A stretch of 64,000 nt of DNA from Candidatus Heimdallarchaeota archaeon. Its GTDB lineage: Archaea > Asgardarchaeota > Heimdallarchaeia > Heimdallarchaeales > Heimdallarchaeaceae. Positions within the stretch are counted from its first letter, which is position 1. Every line of letters starts with the position of its first letter. The translations under genes and the position numbers were made by a program. The notes below the pieces were generated by a model. The model worked only from the letters and a program-made list of their open reading frames with translations, did not search any database and was not told the origin of the DNA. The stretch is from the NCBI GenBank assembly GCA_016840095.1, contig JAEOSZ010000006.1, positions 1-64,000 on the forward strand, in the 5' to 3' direction. Shown here one piece after another: positions 9,948 to 18,560 of the stretch.

Positions 9948-11054
9948 TTATTCTATATAGTAATTTCTATCTTCGTAGATGAAGCCCATAATATTTTCAC
10001 CTACTTGTTTGTTCAAAGGTATTCTCTTTAAATCGTCATCAAAATTCTCATAATTGTCTAAAGCCATTATTACAACATTCATACCATCAGATGAAACAAG
10101 GAGAAATTCTCTTTCAACAACAGATTCAGTTAGTTTCTTTCCTCTGTTTTCTATTCTTTTTCTATCAAACTTCTTCTGTTCATGGTTATCAAAAGATTCA
10201 AGTTTAATTTGCCTTTCTGTAATCTGTTTGACTATCCACATTTTGTTTTCAAATTCTATTATATCTCCAGAAGCATATTCAGGTAGTCTGACTAAGTAGG
10301 TGTTTTGATAAACATCTATACCTTCTTTGTTCTTTGTTTTGAGCTCATAAGCAACATTCATCTTTCCAGCTGTAGCACTTTTTATTTCACGAGCTATGGT
10401 TTCAGCAAGATATTTTGTACTTACTTTACATGTAAAACCATCTACGTCGGTTTCAGGATCGATTATGTATGACATTTTAGCATCTATATATCGGGTCATT
10501 ATTCGATCAACAATCCCTTCAATATTCTCTTGTTCAGTTTCAGTAAGTTTACGATTTTCACCTCGAACTTGTAATATTGCTTCGAAATACCCTGCTTTGT
10601 GTCTAACACATAAATCACAACTTGTTCTAACCATTTTGATTCTTGTGTGATAATTTTTTTCGAACTCACTGAACTCCTCAAAAGGTTTAGCAGTGATATT
10701 AGTCCTTAATTCAAATTCCTTAACTCCATAGTTCATTATCTTAGATTCTTCAATATTATCTTCGAATTCATAATGATAATCTATATCAGTGTGGATTTTT
10801 TCTAAAATTTTTCTTTCAACCATTTCGCGCATAATATCTTCTAAACCATCTTCTTTGTTCCAAGTATCTACAACTGTGTTCTGAATCTTTATAGATAGAC
10901 ATAGTGGGCATATTATTACATTGATTTTATTTTGTATATCAAATTCTATAGGATTTTCTTTTTTGTAACATTTTTCACAAAGATTCTCTAGATATGGACC
11001 TTCAGTAGTCCCACAAACAGCACAGAAACGACCACTTTGCGAAATTGTTCTCAC
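9948..11054 (-). CDS. nmd3: NMD3 family 60S/50S ribosome maturation protein
   Basis: Four CxxC pairs (FCAVCG, CEKC, CPLC, CDLC), GYFEAILQVR, Y.VRLP. Confidence 0.9.
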   Translation of the reverse strand: MRTISQSGRFCAVCGTTEGPYLENLCEKCYKKENPIEFDIQNKINVIICPLCLSIKIQNTVVDTWNKEDGLEDIMREMVERKILEKIHTDIDYHYEFEDNIEESKIMNYGVKEFELRTNITAKPFEEFSEFEKNYHTRIKMVRTSCDLCVRHKAGYFEAILQVRGENRKLTETEQENIEGIVDRIMTRYIDAKMSYIIDPETDVDGFTCKVSTKYLAETIAREIKSATAGKMNVAYELKTKNKEGIDVYQNTYLVRLPEYASGDIIEFENKMWIVKQITERQIKLESFDNHEQKKFDRKRIENRGKKLTESVVEREFLLVSSDGMNVVIMALDNYENFDDDLKRIPLNKQVGENIMGFIYEDRNYYIE

Positions 11055-11100
11055 CTTGCTTGATTTTCCTTCCCTCTTTGTAAAATAAGAGTGTTTTTAC

Positions 11101-11418
11101 TCATGCTATTAGTATAGCATGACCAATTTTTTCACTTTTTTTCTCGGGGTTTTTTAACCATAAGACAGCATCTTCATGAATCATACGGTTTTCTATTAAT
11201 AATTTAATTACTTTAATTCCAATAACATTGGCAGAGGTACAACGTTTAACAGCATCCAAGAATTCTTTTTGTGTTACAAGTTCTTTTCCATAAAACATAG
11301 GACTAACTTTTATTTTTACACCATGACTGTCTAATACCATTTCCATAACTTCCTTGTCACAAGCGGCAACTAATCTTTCATTGTTCTGTTCAATTACTTT
11401 CATGAAAAAGACTGTCAT
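11101..11418 (-). CDS. DUF424 family protein
   Basis: LVAACD.E, V...FYG, AN.IG motifs; usual position between aIF-2beta and NMD3. Confidence 0.8.
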   Translation of the reverse strand: MTVFFMKVIEQNNERLVAACDKEVMEMVLDSHGVKIKVSPMFYGKELVTQKEFLDAVKRCTSANVIGIKVIKLLIENRMIHEDAVLWLKNPEKKSEKIGHAILIA

Positions 11419-11440
11419 AATTCAAATCAACTCTGAATAG

Positions 11441-11851
11441 TTATTTTCTAAGAGGTTTAACTGCAATTGACGCACCACAAGCATCACATCTTTTCCTCAA
11501 GATTCGTGATTCTGTGATAAATTTAGTATCAGGTTTTTCGCATTCACCACAAATAACATACTCTTTCACATATCTTTCTAATAGAGTTTGTAGTGTTACT
11601 TTGGCATGTTTTCCGGCAAATACAGCTCTGGTTCCTTCCATTGTTACTGAAGTTGCGAGCTCTCCAGCCATATATTTGAGAAAATGGTTAGCTTCCCTAT
11701 CTATTCCAGTCAAAACATCTCTAATATTAACAACGAAGGTTTTATTTCCTTCAACAACTGAAGCAATTTTAGGTATCTCAAATCGTGATTGCTCAAACAC
11801 TTTTTCTGGTAATTGACCACGTGCTCGATCTAATAAATCTTTATAGCTCAT
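11441..11851 (-). CDS. eif2b: translation initiation factor 2 subunit beta
   Basis: Y..LLDRA, RFEIP, GNKT, ELAT, YV.C.EC..PDT...C.ACGA zinc ribbon. Confidence 0.95.
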   Translation of the reverse strand: MSYKDLLDRARGQLPEKVFEQSRFEIPKIASVVEGNKTFVVNIRDVLTGIDREANHFLKYMAGELATSVTMEGTRAVFAGKHAKVTLQTLLERYVKEYVICGECEKPDTKFITESRILRKRCDACGASIAVKPLRK

Positions 11852-11984
11852 TTTTGTACCTCAACTTCTTCTTTATACTATCCTTTTTGTTTGTTTCGTT
11901 CTGGAAGTCTTTCAACTCTAAAAAATTCTTAATTAAACAAAAACTATTTTAAGCTATTCCCTTTCTCTGGTTTGAGGATAAGAT

Positions 11985-12353
11985 TTGAGTAATAGAAAAC
12001 CCACTAAACCTAAGAAGAAATCAAAAGGTACAGGAGCTAAGGACTGGGTCACAGCAGACTCTGATGCTATAAGAGCTCAACTTCCCAAAGAAGGAGAGAT
12101 CTTTGGAATAGTCATTCAGATATTAGGTGCAAGCATCCTTTTAGTGAAGTGTATGGATGGTTTTACAAGACAAATACGCATTCCTGGAAAATATAGAAAA
12201 AGAATGTGGTGTAGAGTTGGCGATATAGTTATTATTATGCCATTTTATGGTATGAATCCAGATGAAAAAGGTGAATTAGTACACCGTTTCAGGAAAAATG
12301 AAGTAAGATGGTTGATTAACAATAAACATATTCCAGAAGATTTCGTTATATAA
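11985..12353 (+). CDS. eif1a: translation initiation factor 1A (TTG start)
   Basis: LP..GE.FG.V...LG, C.DG..R..RIPGK.RKR.W...GD.V; GAGGA RBS upstream. Confidence 0.93.
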   Translation: MSNRKPTKPKKKSKGTGAKDWVTADSDAIRAQLPKEGEIFGIVIQILGASILLVKCMDGFTRQIRIPGKYRKRMWCRVGDIVIIMPFYGMNPDEKGELVHRFRKNEVRWLINNKHIPEDFVI

Positions 12354-12528
12354 TAATGGTTCTTCAACTAACAAGTTTGTATTTCTAAACGTTTTATAGA
12401 ATTTTTAAGCTAAACAATAGTTTTATTTAGCTTTTATCATATTTTTATGTGAAAGCAATTACCTTTCATCGCCTCCTAGGGAAATATTTCTCTGTGTCGA
12501 TAAAACCTCGCTCTCAATTCAAGCAGAT

Positions 12529-13338
12529 GTGATAATCATGTCAAAAAAAGAAACAGCCGACTTTGACGTAAGGATTGACAAAGAACGTATCCGAGAAAAA
12601 GATAGGAATACGCTTAAAGTAATTGAGAGTGTTTTTGATTTTCAAACAAGTATGTTAATTGTCAAATTGATGAACAATGGTATTATCAAAGACATTGGAT
12701 TCTGTGTTTCAACAGGTAAAGAAGCCAATGTTTACCATGGATTCGGTTATAAAAAAGAAGAACTGGCTATCAAAATTTATCGTACAACGACTGCTGAATT
12801 TAAGAGAAATTGGATGTATGTAGAAGGAGATCCAAGATTTAAAGGTTACAAAAAGGGGACCTATAATTTTATTTATACTTGGGCGAGAAAGGAATTCAAA
12901 AATCTGAAAAGGATGGAGAGCGCTAAAATTCGTGTTCCATCTCCAGTTATTGTTAATAAAAATGTTTTAGTGATGGAATTTATTGGAAAGAATCAAAATG
13001 CTGCTCCATTATTAAAAGATGTTAAACTAAAAAAAGCAAATAAAACTTATTCACAAGTAGTTGATATGATGCTTAGTTTGTATGAGGAAGCTAATCTGAT
13101 ACATGCAGATTTGAGCGAATATAATATCTTATACCATGAGAAAAATCCTATTATTATTGATGTTTCACAAGCCGTACTAATGGATCATCCGTATGCATCA
13201 GCATTTCTCTATAGAGATATAGTAAACATTAACAGATATTTTAGCTCTCTAAGAGTAGAAACTTACACAGATGAAGAACTTTTTGAACAGATAACTGGGA
13301 CTCTACCAAGTCCCAAAGTGAAATCAGTAGAATTTTAG
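12529..13338 (+). CDS. rio1: RIO1 serine/threonine kinase
   Basis: STGKEANVY, AIKIYRT, GDPRF, WA.KEF.NL, HADLSEYN, IDVSQAV. Confidence 0.95.
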   Translation: MIIMSKKETADFDVRIDKERIREKDRNTLKVIESVFDFQTSMLIVKLMNNGIIKDIGFCVSTGKEANVYHGFGYKKEELAIKIYRTTTAEFKRNWMYVEGDPRFKGYKKGTYNFIYTWARKEFKNLKRMESAKIRVPSPVIVNKNVLVMEFIGKNQNAAPLLKDVKLKKANKTYSQVVDMMLSLYEEANLIHADLSEYNILYHEKNPIIIDVSQAVLMDHPYASAFLYRDIVNINRYFSSLRVETYTDEELFEQITGTLPSPKVKSVEF

Positions 13339-13340
13339 AG

Positions 13341-14003
13341 GTGAATATTATGTCAAGCGAATTTCTAGTAAGGATCCCGGTAGAAAGAATTGCAGTATTA
13401 ATTGGACCAAAGGGAAGTACAAAGAAGAAAATTGAAGAGTATACACAAACAAGATTGATTATAGATAGTCACAGTGGAGACGTAATTATTGTTATTGATG
13501 AGGAAGAATTAGAGGATCCAATAAGTTTATGGAAGGCTAGAGATATGGTAAAAGCTATAGGTAGAGGATTCAGCCCTCAAAAAGCTTACCAGATTAACAA
13601 TCCTTCTTATGGTTTTGATCTTTTACAATTAAGAGATTTTGTTGGAACTTCAACAAACGCTCTAAGAGAAGTTAGATCTAGACTTATTGGAAAAAATGGT
13701 AGAACACGAAACATTATTGAACAAACTTCAGGTTCATTCATCTCTGTTTTCGGAAACACAGTGGGAATAATTTCAGAACAAAGAACATTGAAAATTGTCA
13801 GAGAGGGAATCGTCAAACTCATTACAGGTTCAAAACACAGTACTGTTTACAAGTTTCTTGAAGAGAGAATAAGAGAACTCAAAAGTGATCAAGATAGATT
13901 GTGGGTTGGAGAACAAGAAGAGGAAGAAGATTTAGTTGATATTACTGATTTAGATGAGCTTGAAAGGTTAATTTTTGATGATGAAGATGTTCAAAAGGAG
14001 TAA
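13341..14003 (+). CDS. KH-domain pre-rRNA processing protein Pno1/Dim2
   Basis: LIGPKG, AIGRGF, RLIGKNG.TR, G..H..VY.FL; follows rio1. Confidence 0.9.
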   Translation: MNIMSSEFLVRIPVERIAVLIGPKGSTKKKIEEYTQTRLIIDSHSGDVIIVIDEEELEDPISLWKARDMVKAIGRGFSPQKAYQINNPSYGFDLLQLRDFVGTSTNALREVRSRLIGKNGRTRNIIEQTSGSFISVFGNTVGIISEQRTLKIVREGIVKLITGSKHSTVYKFLEERIRELKSDQDRLWVGEQEEEEDLVDITDLDELERLIFDDEDVQKE

Positions 14004-14026
14004 TCAAATAATAGGAGGGGACCATT

Positions 14027-14665
14027 ATGGGTGAAATTCGTTTTGATCTTCATGTTCATAGTAACTATTCTAGAGATTGCAAAAGTAAACCTGAAGATAT
14101 AATCAAAGAAGCAAAAATCAGAGGTCTAGCAGGTCTTGCAATAACTGATCACAATTCAGTCAAATTCCACCAGAATTGGCATAGTGTTGATCAATTGATT
14201 ATTATTCCTGGAGTAGAAGTTTCAACCAAAAGTGGACACATAATAGGATTAGGAATTAAGGAACCAATTCAAAAATACCTAACTGTTGAAGAAACAGTTG
14301 AAAAAATAAATGATTTGAACGGTCTTGCTATAGCCTCGCATCCTTTTGATTTTACTAGAAAAGGCATAGGAAAGAAAATTTATGGATTGAAAGAAATAGC
14401 TGTTGAAACTATGAATGGTTCATCACCTTTCAAAAGATTTAATGTAAAAGCTCAGAAATGGGCAAAGAAAGCAGAATTACCCGTAACTGGGGGTAGTGAT
14501 GCTCATAGAGTAAAGGATATTGGAATGGCTTATACTATTTTAGATCAAGAAATTTCAAGTGTTGATGAATTAATTGAACTTATAAGAAAGAGGAAAACCA
14601 AATCAGGGGGATCCAATCTATCATTACCAGAGAAAATTATCAGAGCTTTTCAAATACACTTTTAG
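14027..14665 (+). CDS. PHP-domain phosphoesterase
   Basis: DLHVHS, AITDHN, G.EVST..GH, HPF, GGSDAH. Confidence 0.9.
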   Translation: MGEIRFDLHVHSNYSRDCKSKPEDIIKEAKIRGLAGLAITDHNSVKFHQNWHSVDQLIIIPGVEVSTKSGHIIGLGIKEPIQKYLTVEETVEKINDLNGLAIASHPFDFTRKGIGKKIYGLKEIAVETMNGSSPFKRFNVKAQKWAKKAELPVTGGSDAHRVKDIGMAYTILDQEISSVDELIELIRKRKTKSGGSNLSLPEKIIRAFQIHF

Positions 14666-14701
14666 ATATTTGATAATAAGAAAGAAGGATATAGAGTGGA
14701 T

Positions 14702-14857
14702 TTAAAAGGCATTACTCTTATTCCACATTTCTTCTTTTAACAAATCTCGAATTGCTACCCTTATGCATTCACTTCTATTTGGATATCTCTTAAGTCTGAC
14801 AAGCTCATCCAAATCATGAAGGAACTCATCGGGTAGATGTACTGTTACCAATTTCAT
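14702..14857 (-). CDS. ribbon-helix-helix transcription regulator (CopG/CdrS/aCcr1-like), 51 aa, absent from ORF track
   Basis: Manual translation MKLVTVHLPDEFLHDLDELVRLKRYPNRSECIRVAIRDLLKEEMWNKSNAF*; GAGGTG RBS at 14867-14872. Confidence 0.88.
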   Translation of the reverse strand: MKLVTVHLPDEFLHDLDELVRLKRYPNRSECIRVAIRDLLKEEMWNKSNAF

Positions 14858-15058
14858 TCTTTAATGCACCTCTAGTTTTTCTCATCAATTTCTATTTAAA
14901 GGGGATGTAATATTAGGGGAATATACTTCTCTATTTTCGCATAATCTTCTCATATGCATATCTCAAAAATTAATAAGAAAAAAAAGACCCTAAAAGTGCT
15001 AAATCAGAGTTTAGCGAGTTTCTTAAAGATATTACATTGTTGGTTTGGTTTACTGAGA

Positions 15059-17107
15059 TTATGTTATGCCTGTACCTGGGGGTACTTCTTTATCGACGTT
15101 TAGCAAAATAGGTTCTCCATCTATATCTGCCGCCAGAAGCATACCATCAGATTTTTCACCCATTAATGTAGCTGGTTGAAGGTTGACAACAACAATTATT
15201 TGTCTCCCAACAAGTTCTGCAGGATTATAGTATTGTTTAATTCCAGCTAATATCTGTCTTTTTTCTGAGCCTAAATCAATTTGTAGCTTAATCAAGTTTT
15301 TACTTTTTTCTATTAATTCTGCTTCTAAGATTGTTGCGACTTGAAGCTGAACTTTCTTGAATTCATCAAAACTTATTCTTTCCATTTTTGTTTCACTTTT
15401 TTTTTGTTTCTTTGCTTTTGCTCTTATATCTGCAAGTTTTTGTTCAAGTTCTTTTGATTTAATTTTGTAAAATACAGGTTTGATTTTTTCTATATTCTGA
15501 CCTACATTGAGCTCGTCCAAATCTATTTGATCAATTCCCTTGTTTGGAGGAATCCCTTCAAATCCTAAAGATGACCAAATTTTTTCTGCTGTTTTTGGAA
15601 TAATTGGCCACAACAAGATAGAAATTATCTCTGAGATTTTTGCAGAGATATTGAGTACAGTTGCTGTTTTTTCTTTATCTTTTTTGACTAAATGCCATGG
15701 TTCGGTTGTTGAAAAATATTGATTTCCTAACCGGGCAACATTTATTGCAATATTTGTTGCATCTTTAATCTTGAAATTATCCATAGCAGTAATATAATCT
15801 TTAATTCCTTTTTTGATGTTCTTAATCAATGCTTTTTCTTCTTCGAATAATTCTCCTCTTTTAGGTATCTTACCATCAAAATGCTGATTTATGAAAGTAA
15901 TAGTTCTGTGAATGAAATTTCCAGTAACATCATTCAAATCAACATTGACATTTGAAGCAAATACATCCCAATCAAAGTAAAAATCCTTTAGTTCAGCCCT
16001 ATTAATACTAAGGTAATAGCGCCAATAGTCTGCAGGAAGTGTCTCTATTGCTTCGTCACACCATATTCCTATTCCTTGAGATTTGGAAAATGGTCCCTCT
16101 TTGAAATTTATGAAGTTAGTAGTTGCAACTGCATATGGTAGAGGATATGGATCTTTTGTTGCAAGAAGCATTGCTGGGAAAAGTAAGGCATGAAAAATAA
16201 TATTATCCTTTCCTATGCAGAATACTGTCTTTGTTTTCTTATCAAACCAGTAGTCTTCAAATTTTTCTGGATTTCCTTGTTCCTCTGCCAATAGTTTTAC
16301 AGTACTAATATATCCAAGGACATTTTCAAACCAGACATATAGCACTTTATTTGCAAATTCCTCCCCGAAAATTGGACTTATAGGAATACCCCAAGTCAAA
16401 TCTCGAGAAATCGGTCTTTCCTTTAGTCCTTCTTCAATCATACTCAGAAGTTTTTGTTTTGCAAATCCAGGAATATGAGAATTATTAGAGAGAAATTCTT
16501 CTAGTTCATCTGCAAATGCTGGAAGATCAAAATACCAGTGGCTAGTTTTTCTTAATACTGGTTTTCTATTACAAGTTATACAGTAAGGATTAACTAATTC
16601 TGTAGGTTTTAAGATTACTTCACACTCAGGATTTGTACATTGATCACCTCTTGCTCCCTTGTGGCCACACTTAGGACACTCACCTTCAACAAATCTATCA
16701 GGTAAGAACCTTTTATCGTGTTCACAATAAAACTGCTCAGTTTCTCTAAGATTGAAATAACCGTTTTCATGAATTTTTTTGTGAAAGTTTTGAACAAACG
16801 AGATGTGGGTTGGGTTACTAGTCACAGTATATTTATCAAATTCAATACTCCATTCGTCTAGTAAGCATAAAACTTGTTTATGATACTTAAGTGCAAGTCC
16901 CTCAGGAGTCAATCCCTCTTTTTCAGCAGCAACCACAATTGGAGTCCCATGAGCATCGGAACCACTAACATAGATTACATCATGATTTCTAAGTTTATGA
17001 TAACGAGTAATTACATCACCCCATAATAATTGCGAAAAGGTTCCAAGATGAGGAATGTTGTTAACATATGGCCAAGCTGCTGTGACTACCCACTTTTCTT
17101 TTGACAT
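15059..17107 (-). CDS. metG: methionine--tRNA ligase with C-terminal Trbp111-like domain
   Basis: AWPY.N..PHLG, SGSDAHG, zinc knuckles, LYVWFE, IGKDN..FH, FSKS, C-terminal OB fold (RQILAGI, NL.P..LMG..S.GM). Confidence 0.97.
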   Translation of the reverse strand: MSKEKWVVTAAWPYVNNIPHLGTFSQLLWGDVITRYHKLRNHDVIYVSGSDAHGTPIVVAAEKEGLTPEGLALKYHKQVLCLLDEWSIEFDKYTVTSNPTHISFVQNFHKKIHENGYFNLRETEQFYCEHDKRFLPDRFVEGECPKCGHKGARGDQCTNPECEVILKPTELVNPYCITCNRKPVLRKTSHWYFDLPAFADELEEFLSNNSHIPGFAKQKLLSMIEEGLKERPISRDLTWGIPISPIFGEEFANKVLYVWFENVLGYISTVKLLAEEQGNPEKFEDYWFDKKTKTVFCIGKDNIIFHALLFPAMLLATKDPYPLPYAVATTNFINFKEGPFSKSQGIGIWCDEAIETLPADYWRYYLSINRAELKDFYFDWDVFASNVNVDLNDVTGNFIHRTITFINQHFDGKIPKRGELFEEEKALIKNIKKGIKDYITAMDNFKIKDATNIAINVARLGNQYFSTTEPWHLVKKDKEKTATVLNISAKISEIISILLWPIIPKTAEKIWSSLGFEGIPPNKGIDQIDLDELNVGQNIEKIKPVFYKIKSKELEQKLADIRAKAKKQKKSETKMERISFDEFKKVQLQVATILEAELIEKSKNLIKLQIDLGSEKRQILAGIKQYYNPAELVGRQIIVVVNLQPATLMGEKSDGMLLAADIDGEPILLNVDKEVPPGTGIT

Positions 17108-17232
17108 TCTTATTCACTCCTTTTGATTAAATTTCTTTGCATAAATACTTTTTTTCAAATCATGAAAATCAAACTCACTACATGTACTGTTTGAAGATTT
17201 AGCAAATACCGTAACTTTCAATCTTAACATCT

Positions 17233-17357
17233 GAAGAAACGGTTGGATTTTTATGGTTTGTGGCATAACCTCTACTCTAAGCAAACTTCTTCTAATCGAA
17301 TTAAGTCCTTTCAAAGGAGAGCATTTCGTTATCCCTCTGTACGACCACTTAACCACC
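17233..17357 (-). ncRNA. candidate structured RNA upstream of metG
   Basis: Two multi-stem domains with G-U pairs favouring the minus strand; TTTTTAAA TATA-like box 21 nt upstream; family unknown. Confidence 0.3.
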
Positions 17358-17418
17358 GAATCTTTATCTCTATACTCCTTTAAAAACTTACTGGATTTTA
17401 GATTTTAAGCAAGTTTCA

Positions 17419-18552
17419 TTAAGAAATCAACTTGTAATAGATGGATTCAATTTGATCAGTTACATTGTCAAAAGCAAAATCTTTTCTGATTTTTTTTCTA
17501 GCTTTCTTTGCTGATTCAACTAGTTCATCATAGTTTTTAGAAGCAACAAAGATAGTTTCCTCTAATAGTTCTTCATTCCCAGCTTCAAACAGAACTCCGT
17601 TCTTACCATTGTCAAGCAGCCTTGGGATATCACCGATATCAGAAGCTATCACAGGAACACCCATAGCCAATGCTTCAATTATAGTTGTAGGAGAACCTTC
17701 CCAAAAACTTGGTTGTATCAAAATGTTTGTTTTTTCCAGAATATTAGGAATTTCCTTATGATTTACTGCTCCAAAGAGCTTAACTCTTTTTTCTTCTTTG
17801 AATTTAGATTCCAATGCGGAGAATAGTGAACCATCTCCCACAAACCAAAAGGAAATATTTTTTGTCTTTCTAATTATTCTATCTATAACTCGTGCATAGT
17901 ATGGTATTCCTTTCCAAGGTTCTAAATCTCCAATATAGGAAATCACAAATTCATTTTGAAGGCTTGGTGTTATTTCTGGAAAATGTTTTGGATTGATTGC
18001 ATTATTTATAATAACTATTCTCTCTAGATTGGAATGTATTGTTTCTTCTAATAATTTTGAATCTTGAAGACTAACGGAAGCAATTACATCAGCCTGAGAG
18101 AGAACAAATTTACCAAGGGTATAATCGAAAAATACTTTCGCAAATTCCTTCAAAAATCCCGTTTTGTAAGGAGGTCTTCCCACTCCCCCGTGTATATGGA
18201 GAAGCATTGGTGTTCCTTTTAGAAGCTTGTTTACTGCCGCCTGAATTGTTGTAAAATAAATATAAGAGTGAACATGAAAAATATCAACGTCTTTTAACTG
18301 CAACATTTTATGAAGCATAAAGCATGCAGGATTGATACCAAAAACATTCCATGGACTATAAAAACGGTGAACGGTCATATTTTGAAAATAACTCTGATAG
18401 GGAATTTTAGTACTGTTTTTCGTAGTAAAAACATCAATATGATGACCTCTGTTTGCAAGTTCATTAGAAAGATTACTTACATATCTTTCAGTACCTCCAT
18501 AACTTCTTGAACCGAAATAGGGAGTAACTTGAACTATTTTCAAGGGATCCAT
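17419..18552 (-). CDS. GT4 (GT-B) glycosyltransferase
   Basis: GG.E.Y, HVHS, KG, PS.WEG.P...IEA.A.G.PVIASD.G. Confidence 0.92.
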   Translation of the reverse strand: MDPLKIVQVTPYFGSRSYGGTERYVSNLSNELANRGHHIDVFTTKNSTKIPYQSYFQNMTVHRFYSPWNVFGINPACFMLHKMLQLKDVDIFHVHSYIYFTTIQAAVNKLLKGTPMLLHIHGGVGRPPYKTGFLKEFAKVFFDYTLGKFVLSQADVIASVSLQDSKLLEETIHSNLERIVIINNAINPKHFPEITPSLQNEFVISYIGDLEPWKGIPYYARVIDRIIRKTKNISFWFVGDGSLFSALESKFKEEKRVKLFGAVNHKEIPNILEKTNILIQPSFWEGSPTTIIEALAMGVPVIASDIGDIPRLLDNGKNGVLFEAGNEELLEETIFVASKNYDELVESAKKARKKIRKDFAFDNVTDQIESIYYKLIS

Positions 18553-18560
18553 TTTTTCAC

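Noticed and set aside
12354-12528. Inverted repeats between aIF-1A and rio1 (AAGCTAAA/TTTAGCTT, TGAAAG/CTTTCA); GGCGATGA on the minus strand resembling a fluoride riboswitch start
   Set aside because: Short AT-rich stems are expected by chance; the riboswitch pseudoknot partner is absent and the orientation is wrong
9948-14003. NMD3-DUF424-aIF2beta / aIF1A-RIO1-Pno1 cluster as a novel system
   Set aside because: A well-known conserved archaeal gene neighbourhood
17114-17356. 80-aa ORF upstream of metG
   Set aside because: GTG start at the probable transcript 5' end, no motif, atypical composition; it coincides with a structured element, so it was not called as a CDS
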